This document shows, piece by piece, positions 55,092-64,000 of a DNA stretch of 64,000 nucleotides. This DNA is from an uncultured Aliarcobacter sp. (GTDB lineage: Bacteria; Campylobacterota; Campylobacteria; Campylobacterales; Arcobacteraceae): the NCBI GenBank assembly GCA_963677435.1, contig OY781945.1:384001-448000 (forward strand). The letters run 5' to 3'. The translations under genes and the position numbers were made by a program. The number at the start of each line of letters is the position of its first letter. Position 1 is the first letter of the stretch. The notes beneath the pieces were generated by a model. That model was not told the origin of the DNA, searched no databases, and worked only from the letters and a program-made list of their open reading frames with translations.

Positions 55092-55928
55092 TTATTCTTT
55101 ATTTTTAGCATTTTCCTTATCTTTATCTTTTTTTGTATCTTTATTTTCAATAGGAGTATTTACATATTCAGGAGTATTTTTATAAGTATAAAAATACTTT
55201 TTCTTTAAAACATTTGCATAAGGTTTTACAGTTGCAATTTTCATATCTGCTAAATCAGTAACTTCAATAATTCTTCCAACTTTTAGACCTTCATAAAAGA
55301 TGTTATCCATTCCTGAAGTTATAACTTCATCACCTTTTTTGATATCTGCCCAAATAGGTATAAATTTGATTTCCAATTCATCTTGTTTTGATGATGCTGT
55401 AATAATTCCAGGTGCTTTTCCCTCACCAATAAAAACAGCATAAGTACAATCTTTATTTCCATTTAATAATCCAACTGCTCGACCATCTTTATTAACAACA
55501 ATACCAGCTGAGTAATTATCTGTAATAAGACCTAAAATTGAATCATTATTGATTTTTTTATCTAACCAAACTTTTGTAAAATCATCAAAATTTATATATG
55601 AAAGAACTTTTACAAGTTCAATTTTTGGATTATTATCTGGAATATCAACATTTACTAAAAACTCTTTTAGAGTATTAAGTTGATTTTGTGTAGTTTCGTA
55701 TAAGATTTTATACTCTTTTAATTCATTGTTTTCAGTTTTTAATTTATTTATTGTATTTACTTGTTCAAAGTGTTTTTCAATAGAAGTTGAGAAATTAATA
55801 ATTTTATTTATATATGATACTTTAATATCATTAACAAAACTAAACTTTTCAACTAGCAGTTCATCTATCTTAAAAAGATAAGACAAACCTGCAATTATAA
55901 AAAGAAATGCAAAAATGAATTTACGCAT
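55092..55928 (-). CDS. mreC: Rod shape-determining protein MreC
   Basis: TM plus coiled coil, KKGDEVITSGMDNIF..GLKVG; follows mreB. Confidence 0.9.
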   Translation of the reverse strand: MRKFIFAFLFIIAGLSYLFKIDELLVEKFSFVNDIKVSYINKIINFSTSIEKHFEQVNTINKLKTENNELKEYKILYETTQNQLNTLKEFLVNVDIPDNNPKIELVKVLSYINFDDFTKVWLDKKINNDSILGLITDNYSAGIVVNKDGRAVGLLNGNKDCTYAVFIGEGKAPGIITASSKQDELEIKFIPIWADIKKGDEVITSGMDNIFYEGLKVGRIIEVTDLADMKIATVKPYANVLKKKYFYTYKNTPEYVNTPIENKDTKKDKDKENAKNKE

Positions 55929-56952
55929 TAGTGATTAATTTTAATAACTCTGCTTGATCTAGTACTTGACTTGTACCATATGCAACTGATAATAAAGGCT
56001 CATCAGCAATTTTTACCGGAAGTTTAATAATGTCAGCTAAATAAGTATCTAACCCTCTAATTAAAGCGCCACCACCTGTAATAATAACTCCATTATCAAC
56101 AATATCACTTGCTAAATCTGGTGGCATATTTTCTAAAACACTTTTGATTGCTGAAACAATCTCTTTAAGAGGTTCTTTTATTGCAATTCTAACACCTTCA
56201 CTACCAAGTTCAATAGTTGAAAGTAAACCAGAGTTATCTCTTCCTTTTACTTTCATTTTTAGTTCAGTATCAAGTTTTATTGCTGTTCCAATTTCAATTT
56301 TGATATTTTCAGCAGTTCTTTCACCAATAAATAGATTATAGTTTTGTCTAACATGCTCAATAATTGATTTGTCAAATTTATCACCAGCAACTTTTATTGA
56401 TTTACATAAAACTAATCCACCAAGTGAAGTAACACCAATTTCAGTTGTTCCTCCCCCAATATCAACAATCACATAACCAGATGGATCAGATACAGGAATT
56501 CCAGCACCAATAGCCGCTGCCATTGGTTCTTCAACTAGGAAAACTTCTCTTGCACCTGCGCTCATTGCTGATTCTTCAACTGCTTTTTTCTCAACTTGAG
56601 TAATTCCATAAGGGATACAAATAATAATTCTAGGTCTAATAAAAGATTTTCTAGAGTGTGCTTTTTCGATAAAATATCTAATCATTCTTTCAGTCATCTC
56701 AAAATCTGCAATAACACCATCTTGCATTGGACGAACAGCTTGAATATTTAATGGAGTTTTACCAATCATTTGTTTAGCTTCTTGTCCAACAGCTAAAATT
56801 CTATCTTTACCATGTCTATCACTTTGAACCGCAACAACTGATGGTTCATTAATGATAATTCCTTTTCCTCTAACTGAAACGATTGTATTTGCAGTTCCCA
56901 AGTCAATTGCCATATCACTTGAAAAAAGACCTATTAATTTATCTAAAAACAC
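55921..56952 (-). CDS. mreB: Actin-like MreB
   Basis: AIDLGTANT, EEPMAAAIGAG, VDIGGGTTE, TGGGAL. Confidence 0.97.
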   Translation of the reverse strand: MFLDKLIGLFSSDMAIDLGTANTIVSVRGKGIIINEPSVVAVQSDRHGKDRILAVGQEAKQMIGKTPLNIQAVRPMQDGVIADFEMTERMIRYFIEKAHSRKSFIRPRIIICIPYGITQVEKKAVEESAMSAGAREVFLVEEPMAAAIGAGIPVSDPSGYVIVDIGGGTTEIGVTSLGGLVLCKSIKVAGDKFDKSIIEHVRQNYNLFIGERTAENIKIEIGTAIKLDTELKMKVKGRDNSGLLSTIELGSEGVRIAIKEPLKEIVSAIKSVLENMPPDLASDIVDNGVIITGGGALIRGLDTYLADIIKLPVKIADEPLLSVAYGTSQVLDQAELLKLITNA

Positions 56953-56966
56953 TTGTATATCCTTTT

Positions 56967-58187
56967 TTATGCTACTTTTGGTTCTTCGGTTTTAAGAACG
57001 ACTTCTTTTGAAATAGTAATAGTTTTATTTTTATATTTTGGAAGATCAAACATTATATCTAACATAATGTCTTCTAAAATTGAACGCAATCCTCTAGCTC
57101 CAGTTTTTCTAATAATCGCTAGTTTTGCTAACTCTTTTAGTGCATCTTTTTCAAATTCTAATTTAACATCATCCATTTGGAAAAGTTTGATATATTGTTT
57201 AATTAATGCATTTTTTGGTTCAGTTAAAATATGAACCATATCATCTTCTGTTATTTCATTTAAAGTTGCAACCATATGAAGTCTTCCTATTAATTCAGGA
57301 ATCAAACCATATTTTACTAAATCGTCTGCTTCTACTTTTGATAAAACTTTATCATGGTCATTTTTACCTTTTTTATCTTGATTAAATCCCAGTACATTTG
57401 CACCATGTTTTTTCTTGATAATATCTTCAAGGCCATCAAAAGCTCCACCACAAATAAATAAAATATTTGTAGTATCAACTTGAAGTGCATCTTGACCAGG
57501 ATGTTTTCTTCCACCTTTTGGTGGAACATTTACAACAGAACCTTCAACAATTTTTAATAAAGCTTGTTGAACTCCTTCTCCTGAAACATCTCTTGTAATT
57601 GATCTATTTTCACTCATTCGAGCTACTTTATCAACTTCATCAATGAAAATAATTCCTCTTTCTGCTTTTTTAATATCTCCATCAGCTGCTTGAACAAGTC
57701 TTGTTACAACATTTTCAACATCATCTCCAACATATCCAGCTTCTGTTAAAGAAGTAGCATCAGCAATTGCTAAAGGAACATCTAGATATTTAGAAATAGT
57801 TTGAGCAAGTAGTGTTTTTCCTGAACCAGTTGGCCCAATTAAAAGAACATTTGATTTATTTAATTCTGTATCATCATCAATTTCATTATGTCTAAAAATT
57901 CTCTTATAATGGTTGTACACTGCAACTGATAGAACTTTCTTAGCTCTATCTTGCCCAATTACATACTCATCTAATATTTTTTTTAGTTCAGCTGGAGTTT
58001 TAATTTTAATCTCTTTAGCTTCTACAGGAGTGCTTTTATTATCACCTTGTTCGTCTGGATGACTTCCATTCATAATTTCATTTGCAGCTGTTATACAAGC
58101 TTTACAAATACAAGCATTGTCTCCTGCAATTACTGGATTATCTCTCGTATCCGTTGCTCCACAAAAATCACATATAATCTTACTCAT
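56967..58187 (-). CDS. clpX: ATP-dependent Clp protease ATPase ClpX
   Basis: CDFC..CKAC Zn finger, [17 protein letters not shown] loop, TGARGLR. Confidence 0.98.
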   Translation of the reverse strand: MSKIICDFCGATDTRDNPVIAGDNACICKACITAANEIMNGSHPDEQGDNKSTPVEAKEIKIKTPAELKKILDEYVIGQDRAKKVLSVAVYNHYKRIFRHNEIDDDTELNKSNVLLIGPTGSGKTLLAQTISKYLDVPLAIADATSLTEAGYVGDDVENVVTRLVQAADGDIKKAERGIIFIDEVDKVARMSENRSITRDVSGEGVQQALLKIVEGSVVNVPPKGGRKHPGQDALQVDTTNILFICGGAFDGLEDIIKKKHGANVLGFNQDKKGKNDHDKVLSKVEADDLVKYGLIPELIGRLHMVATLNEITEDDMVHILTEPKNALIKQYIKLFQMDDVKLEFEKDALKELAKLAIIRKTGARGLRSILEDIMLDIMFDLPKYKNKTITISKEVVLKTEEPKVA

Positions 58188-58199
58188 TTTCTACCTATC

Positions 58200-58982
58200 T
58201 TACTTTCTGTTAAAAGGAATACCTCGTTTTGTATTTAATACAAAACTAGCTAATTCTTTAACATGTTTATTTTCATTTGTTTCAAACAATTCTCGTGCAA
58301 CTTCTTGAAGAGGTTTTCCAGATTCAAATAGTTCTTTATACGCTGATTTTATAGCATCTATATCTTCTCTATTATCAAATCTTCTTCTTAATCCTGTTAA
58401 GTTAAGACCTCTCAAAACTGCTTTATTTCCTTCTGCTAAACAAAATGGAGGAATATCTTGAGCAACAGCAGAAGCACCACCAACCATTACTTGAGTTCCT
58501 AATTTACAAAATTGATGAATAGGAGTTAATCCTCCAACAACAACAAAATCAGCACACTCAACATGACCTGCTAATGTTGCTCCATTTGCAAAAATACAAT
58601 TATCTCCAATAATACAATCATGGGCAACATGAGTATATCCCATAAATAGATTATTACTCCCAATTCTAGTAACAGAACCACCACCAATAGTTCCTGGATT
58701 AAATAGAGTAAATTCTCTTATTTTATTATTGTCTCCAATAATTAATTCAACATCTTCACCATTGAATTTTAAATCTTGAGGAATACTTCCTATACTAGCA
58801 TGAGAAAAAATTTGATTATTTTTGCCAATAGTAGTTTTACCTTCAATTAGCGTATGCGAATGGATAACTGTTCCATCACCAATTTTTACATCTTTACCAA
58901 TAATTGTAAAAGCACCAATAGTGATATTATCACCTAATACTGCACCTTCTTCAATTATTGCTGTTTTATGAATATTGTTCAT
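58200..58982 (-). CDS. lpxA: UDP-GlcNAc acyltransferase
   Basis: Hexapeptide repeats, PQDLKF, HVAHDC, LAGHV, IHQF. Confidence 0.97.
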   Translation of the reverse strand: MNNIHKTAIIEEGAVLGDNITIGAFTIIGKDVKIGDGTVIHSHTLIEGKTTIGKNNQIFSHASIGSIPQDLKFNGEDVELIIGDNNKIREFTLFNPGTIGGGSVTRIGSNNLFMGYTHVAHDCIIGDNCIFANGATLAGHVECADFVVVGGLTPIHQFCKLGTQVMVGGASAVAQDIPPFCLAEGNKAVLRGLNLTGLRRRFDNREDIDAIKSAYKELFESGKPLQEVARELFETNENKHVKELASFVLNTKRGIPFNRK

Positions 58983-58993
58983 TTATTTGCCTA

Positions 58994-59437
58994 TTATTTA
59001 TCAACTATCATAGCTTTTAATTCTGCTTCTGCTGCTAATTTTCCATCAACATAGGCTTTTCCTATTAGAGTCATTAAAGAACTTTTCATTCTAACAACAT
59101 CTAATTCATAATCTAATCTATCACCTGGTTTTACAGGAATTCTAAATTTTGCTTTGTCTATGCTCATAAAATAGATTACTTTCTTTTTCATCTCTTCGTC
59201 TGATAAATCTGAACTTTTAAGAGCTAAAACACCACCACATTGAGCCATACCTTCTAAAATTAATACACCTGGATAAATTGGATGACCTGGAAAGTGTCCT
59301 TGAAAAGCTGGTTCTGATATAGAAACATTTTTGAAACCTTTAATAGATTTTTTAAGTTCCATATCTGTAATTCTGTCCACAAGTAACATTGGGTATCTAT
59401 GAGGAAGAATCTCTTGAATTTGTGTAATATCTAACAT
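58994..59437 (-). CDS. fabZ: 3-hydroxyacyl-ACP dehydratase
   Basis: [32 protein letters not shown]. Confidence 0.97.
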   Translation of the reverse strand: MLDITQIQEILPHRYPMLLVDRITDMELKKSIKGFKNVSISEPAFQGHFPGHPIYPGVLILEGMAQCGGVLALKSSDLSDEEMKKKVIYFMSIDKAKFRIPVKPGDRLDYELDVVRMKSSLMTLIGKAYVDGKLAAEAELKAMIVDK

Positions 59438-59488
59438 ATAATATCCTGATTTTTTTATTGAATGACAAATATTATATCTAAAAAAAAA

Positions 59489-60532
59489 TTAGTTTTGAAT
59501 TATCTCTGCAACATTTTGAGAACTTCCATTTCCTAGATATTTCCTTAGCATTTTTGAATTATCAAAAAATAATTTTTTATCCATATTTTGATAGTCATTT
59601 AAAAGATTTTCAAGGTTTACATCTTTTTGTAAAAATTCACTATGTAAAGGATTTTTCCCCATTTTTTCAAAAAAGATATTTGCAAGACCAACATAGTTTA
59701 ATTTAACAAAAAGTTTTCCTATAAAGAAATCCAGTTTTTTTGCAATATATGAGAGAGTAAATGGTGTTCCAATAAGTGCTGCTTCAAGTGTAGCTGTTCC
59801 TGAGCAAATAAATGCATATTCGCTTTGCTGTAAAGTTTCGTGAGCATTTCTTGAAATCGTGAAGTTTGAAATATCTCCATAAATTTTATTTATGTATTCT
59901 TTGTCAAATTTTGCTGGAATTATTAAAATATACTCTTTATTTGGGATTTTTTTGATTAATTCTTTAAAAATTGGCATAAGATTTGTAATTTCAGTTTTTC
60001 TACTTCCTGGCATAAAAGCAATTTTATTTGTTGGAATCAATTCATTTTTAAACTCTTTTATTTCATCAAGTAGTGGATGTCCTACATAAGTGATTTTATT
60101 TTTATCGTTATAAATTTCACTCTCAAAAGGAATGATTGAGCAAAGTTTTGAACAATATTTTTCTAATTTTTTTACTCTTCCTTTTTTCCAAGCCCAAGCT
60201 TGAGGAAGAATATAATAGATAATCTCTTTTTCTGGATAAGTTTCCCTTAGCTTTTTGGCTAAAGGAAGATTAAATCCTGAACTATCCATTAGTAAAACTT
60301 TGTCACAATCTTGTGCTAATTCAACTAATTCATCTCTTAATTTAAAAAAGAATCTAAGTTTTTTAAGAGCATCAACAAATCCCATAATTGCTAATGAAGT
60401 TAAATCATATAAGGGATTCCCAAGCTCTTTATCAAAAACTCCAACAAGTTCAATATCATGAGATAAATATTTTTTTAGCTCTTTTAAGTGAACATTTGAT
60501 GAGGTTTCCATAGCACATACAAGAAGTTTCAT
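59489..60532 (-). CDS. lpxB: Lipid A disaccharide synthase
   Basis: PQAWAWK, YVGHPL, MPGSR, SGTATLE. Confidence 0.95.
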   Translation of the reverse strand: MKLLVCAMETSSNVHLKELKKYLSHDIELVGVFDKELGNPLYDLTSLAIMGFVDALKKLRFFFKLRDELVELAQDCDKVLLMDSSGFNLPLAKKLRETYPEKEIIYYILPQAWAWKKGRVKKLEKYCSKLCSIIPFESEIYNDKNKITYVGHPLLDEIKEFKNELIPTNKIAFMPGSRKTEITNLMPIFKELIKKIPNKEYILIIPAKFDKEYINKIYGDISNFTISRNAHETLQQSEYAFICSGTATLEAALIGTPFTLSYIAKKLDFFIGKLFVKLNYVGLANIFFEKMGKNPLHSEFLQKDVNLENLLNDYQNMDKKLFFDNSKMLRKYLGNGSSQNVAEIIQN

Positions 60533-61602
60533 ATAAGCTCTTCTTTTATATCTTCATAAGTTTCTGAGTTTATTTCTATCTCATATTTCTCATTTATGAT
60601 TTCATCAAGAACAATAATTGCACTTAAATCATAAGGATTTTTTAAAATAAGATTTCTCACCTCCAACTCTTGTTTGAATGTTAGTGGATTGTACATAAGC
60701 TCTTTTACATTTTTGTATGAAGCTGAAGCGAATAGATTAAATGTTGTAATATCAATGATTTTCACTTCATCTCTATTTAAGTAGTTTATTCCATCTTTTT
60801 CATACTCAATTCTTCCATTTGTTTTATTTCTGTTTATTGTTGAATAACATAAAATATATGATGGAACAATTTTTTTTGCAACTATAACTTTAGCTCCAAG
60901 AAGTCTATAATTTAAAAATCTTTGTTTAATGATTTTATAATCAGCTCCCGTTTCTTCTAACTCATTTCTTTTTTTATAAAGCTCAAGTCTTTCTTCAATT
61001 GACTCTGGCAATATTTGATTTGAAATTGGATTAAACATCTCATCCATTATCTTATCTTGAGCTTCCCTTTGGGCACTAAGACCAAACAGACAACCACAAT
61101 AATTTTGTCTATAAAGTGAATTTTCTTTTACTTTTTGACCTTGGATTTCTGCACCATTTCCAGCTTTGTAATCTCTATAAATAAACTCTAAACCTGTAAG
61201 TGATGAAAGATTGTTTCCAATTTTTTCTAATTTTTCTTGAGATTTTTTTGGAGAAATAAGTAGCGTTGTAGTAAATTTATTATGTCCTAATTCAACTGCT
61301 TTTTGAACAGTAGTATCGAGTCTATCATCATAACAAACTGTGCATCTATCACCTTTTTCAGGTAAATGCTCCATTCCTTTAACTTTTTTTAACCACTCTT
61401 CTAGGTTATAAGCACCTTCAATTAATTTTATACCCAACTTTTTACATGAGTATTCAACATCTAAATATCTTAATCTGTATTCACTATAAGGATGAATGTT
61501 AGGGTCATAAAAATAACCTACTAACTCTTCACTTGGAAATTCTTCTTTAATTCTTTCTAAAAAATAGTGACTATCAACTGCGCAACAAATATGAACTAGC
61601 AA
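60529..61602 (-). CDS. queH: Epoxyqueuosine reductase QueH (DUF208) with C-terminal extension
   Basis: LVHICCAVDS, YDPNIHP..EY..R, RCTVCYDDRL, YRQNYCGC; TTG at 61602 after AAGG. Confidence 0.88.
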   Translation of the reverse strand: MLVHICCAVDSHYFLERIKEEFPSEELVGYFYDPNIHPYSEYRLRYLDVEYSCKKLGIKLIEGAYNLEEWLKKVKGMEHLPEKGDRCTVCYDDRLDTTVQKAVELGHNKFTTTLLISPKKSQEKLEKIGNNLSSLTGLEFIYRDYKAGNGAEIQGQKVKENSLYRQNYCGCLFGLSAQREAQDKIMDEMFNPISNQILPESIEERLELYKKRNELEETGADYKIIKQRFLNYRLLGAKVIVAKKIVPSYILCYSTINRNKTNGRIEYEKDGINYLNRDEVKIIDITTFNLFASASYKNVKELMYNPLTFKQELEVRNLILKNPYDLSAIIVLDEIINEKYEIEINSETYEDIKEELI

Positions 61603-61668
61603 TATAAAACCTTTAATTATATAATTTGATATAATTATAGTAAAAGTTTTCAAAACAAAGGATTAGCT

Positions 61669-62058
61669 ATAAAAAATTTATTTATTCTCATTTTTTCTAT
61701 ATTCATTTTTAGTGGATGTTTAGGTACAAATGATCCACAACTTAACTCATCAAGTGCTACGATTTTAATCAAAACTCCTCAAATGAAGTTTTATGATAAA
61801 GGTTTTATTTACAAATATAAAGATTACACACAAGTTCAGATTTTTAGTGCAGGAACGGCTGTTTTAGATATGAAAATATATGAAGACAAAGTTTGTAGAA
61901 GTACATTTAAATGTCAAGACTTAAAAACTTTTAATAAAGAGAATTTATCATCAACTTATCCTGATAACTTCCTAAAAGAGTTATTTGAACGAAATCAAAA
62001 AGAAGTTATTCACAGAGATAAGTCAAATGATATTTTGATTAAAATAATAAGAGACTAG
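61669..62058 (+). CDS. Hypothetical lipoprotein; start probably upstream of the ORF-track ATG (61783)
   Basis: In-frame upstream IKNLFILIFSIFIFSGC lipoprotein signal from ATA 61669, with AAGGA at 61658-62. Confidence 0.65.
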   Translation: MKNLFILIFSIFIFSGCLGTNDPQLNSSSATILIKTPQMKFYDKGFIYKYKDYTQVQIFSAGTAVLDMKIYEDKVCRSTFKCQDLKTFNKENLSSTYPDNFLKELFERNQKEVIHRDKSNDILIKIIRD

Positions 62059-62073
62059 TTTTCTAGTCCTTTA

Positions 62074-63420
62074 TTATATTTTTAAAAGTCCTAATTCATT
62101 AAGCATAATTATTAAAATAGAAATTGGAGCTACAAATCTAATTATAAATAACCAAAGATTGTAGAAATTTTCTCCAGTATGAGGAATAATTGAGTTTCTT
62201 GATACTTCTTTGTTAAGAACAAATCCAATGAAAATAGAAATTATCATTCCTCCAAGAGGTAATAATATAGCTGAACTTACAAAATCAAACCAATCAAAAA
62301 GATTTTTACTTCCAATTGTTAAGCTTCCTGAAAAAGCAGTTGTATTTGATAATAAAACAATAATTCCAATAGCATAAGCAAATAAAGCAGCCCCATAAGT
62401 TGCTTTTTTTCTTTCAATATTTCTTCTTTCAATTAAATACATAACTGTTGGTTCTAATATTGAAACAGCTGAGGTAATAGCAGCAAAGGCAAGAGCCACA
62501 AAAAATAAGAATGATAAAATAATCCCAATAGTTCCCATTTCATAGAAAATTGCAGGTAAAGTTATAAATACAAGTCCTGCTCCTTTACTTGGTTCTTGAC
62601 CAGCAGTAAAAGTAATAGAGAAGATAATTAAACCAGCAACAATAGCAATTAAAGTATCCATTAATACAACCCAAACAGAAGCTTTTACAATATTTACACC
62701 TTTATCTAAAGAAGAAGCATAAGTTAAAATTGTAACCATACCAATTGATAATGTGAAAAATGCGTGTCCAACTGCTACGATTATAGAACTTGATTTAAAT
62801 TTCTCAAAATTTGGATAAAACATAAAATCAACTGCTTTCATAAATCCATCTAATTGAGTTGCATAAATAAGTAAAGCAAGTAAAATTAACATAAGCGCTG
62901 GCATTAATATATTATTTAATTTCTCAATACCTTTTTTTACACCCTTTGAAATAGTTAAAGCAATAAGTGCAAAAGTTAATGTGTAATAAATAAGCTGAGT
63001 ATAAATATCGTTTTTTAGAAAACCTAAAAATAGAGTTTCAGAGTCTTTAAAACTTGCAGGTAATGCTGTTAATGAAAGAACAATATAATTAAAAATCCAG
63101 GCAATTACTACAGAATAAAAGGTTAAAATCATAAAACCAGTTAAAAAGGTAAACCCTGAGTATTTCCAATATTTCTTACCTTTTGGAGCAAGAGTTTCAA
63201 AGGTTGTTACACCATCTTTATGTGCATTACTACCAAGCAAAACTTCACCAATAAATATTGACATACCAATTAGAAAAACAGTTGCTAGATAAACTAATAC
63301 AAAAACTCCTCCTCCATTATCTCCTGTAATGTATGGAAATTTCCATATATTTCCAAGCCCAACAGCACTTCCAGCAGCTGCTAAAATAAATCCAATTCTT
63401 GTAAAACGATTTTTATGCAT
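62074..63420 (-). CDS. Sodium-dependent NSS/SLC6-family transporter
   Basis: GFILAAAGSAVGLGNIWKFPY, AFFTLSIG, GAGLVFITLP. Confidence 0.95.
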   Translation of the reverse strand: MHKNRFTRIGFILAAAGSAVGLGNIWKFPYITGDNGGGVFVLVYLATVFLIGMSIFIGEVLLGSNAHKDGVTTFETLAPKGKKYWKYSGFTFLTGFMILTFYSVVIAWIFNYIVLSLTALPASFKDSETLFLGFLKNDIYTQLIYYTLTFALIALTISKGVKKGIEKLNNILMPALMLILLALLIYATQLDGFMKAVDFMFYPNFEKFKSSSIIVAVGHAFFTLSIGMVTILTYASSLDKGVNIVKASVWVVLMDTLIAIVAGLIIFSITFTAGQEPSKGAGLVFITLPAIFYEMGTIGIILSFLFFVALAFAAITSAVSILEPTVMYLIERRNIERKKATYGAALFAYAIGIIVLLSNTTAFSGSLTIGSKNLFDWFDFVSSAILLPLGGMIISIFIGFVLNKEVSRNSIIPHTGENFYNLWLFIIRFVAPISILIIMLNELGLLKI

Positions 63421-63436
63421 TTTTCTCCTTTTTTAA

Positions 63437-64000
63437 TTAACTTAATTTTTGAGGTTCACCAAAGTAATAACCTTGTGCGTAATCAATCCCCATTCCTTTA
63501 ACAACATCAAATACACTTTTTGAATGAACAAATTCGGCAATAGTTTGTATGTTCATTTTTTTTGCAAACTCAATAATAGTTCCTGTAACCATTTGTGAAT
63601 TAATATTTATATCAATATCTTTTATCATTGAAGCATCAATTTTTATATAATCAACTTTTAATTTCATTATATATTCAAAATTTGAGTAACCAGTTCCAAA
63701 ATCATCTATTGATATTTTGGCACCAGTTTTTTTTACTTCAGATATAAACTCAATAATTTCATCAAAATTCTCAATACCTTCTGATTCTATAAGTTCAAAT
63801 ACAATTTTACTACCTAAATTGTATTCATGTAGTTTTTCCATTATTGTTGAGTAAACATCTTCATTTAAAATATCTTGTACAGATAAGTTAATAGAGACTT
63901 GGGCATCAATATTTTTAAAAATATTAAATGTTTTTTCTAAAACTATTTTCGTAAGTTTAGGATAAAGTTTATTTTTTTTAGCTAATTCCAAAAAATGTAT
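63437..64000 (-). CDS. EAL-domain protein, C-terminal part, truncated by window edge
   Basis: SINLS, FELIESE, IDDFGTGYSNF, IKIDAS, IAEFV, AQGYYFGEP. Confidence 0.92.
   Translation of the reverse strand: MHFLELAKKNKLYPKLTKIVLEKTFNIFKNIDAQVSINLSVQDILNEDVYSTIMEKLHEYNLGSKIVFELIESEGIENFDEIIEFISEVKKTGAKISIDDFGTGYSNFEYIMKLKVDYIKIDASMIKDIDININSQMVTGTIIEFAKKMNIQTIAEFVHSKSVFDVVKGMGIDYAQGYYFGEPQKLS

Noticed and set aside
55092..60532. clpX without clpP, embedded among lpx, fab and mre genes
   Set aside because: This order is typical of Campylobacterota, so it is not novel
60529..61602. QueH C-terminal extension as a novel fusion
   Set aside because: As far as I recall, long QueH forms are usual in Campylobacterota, and I recognise no separate domain in the extension

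Overview
AT-rich, gene-dense chromosomal window from a Campylobacterota bacterium, most likely Arcobacteraceae (judged by eye from the 16S sequence and the lpxB-fabZ-lpxA-clpX-mreB-mreC gene order; no database search was run). It is mostly core genome: one complete rRNA operon (16S, tRNA-Ile, tRNA-Ala, 23S, 5S), ung, pyrE, frr, secG, ruvB, panB, trpA, rpsU, moaC, surE, dnaE, recJ, pyrG, ccoG, mnmG, ribE, mreBC, clpX, lpxAB, fabZ and queH. Accessory parts are a TRAP-USP-ALDH uptake unit, a Crp/Fnr-ygbA pair around a perfect TTGAT-N4-ATCAA box, a small island with an interrupted REP-like palindrome, and a Tat-exported iorAB-xdhC-mocA molybdoenzyme operon. I found no CRISPR array, transposase, integrase or prophage. 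Best candidates for new biology: (1) a PlcP-like phosphoesterase plus patatin operon behind a Pho-box-like promoter that predicts a leaderless mRNA; (2) a ferredoxin:thioredoxin-reductase catalytic domain fused to rhodanese; (3) a stand-alone sigma-region-4-like miniprotein after surE; (4) a REP-like hairpin split by a CT-flanked insert; (5) a lipoprotein that seems to need an ATA start; (6) a recurring TTTAGnTAnAAT extended -10 motif. All product names come from motif recognition, and I adjusted several start codons from the ORF track.
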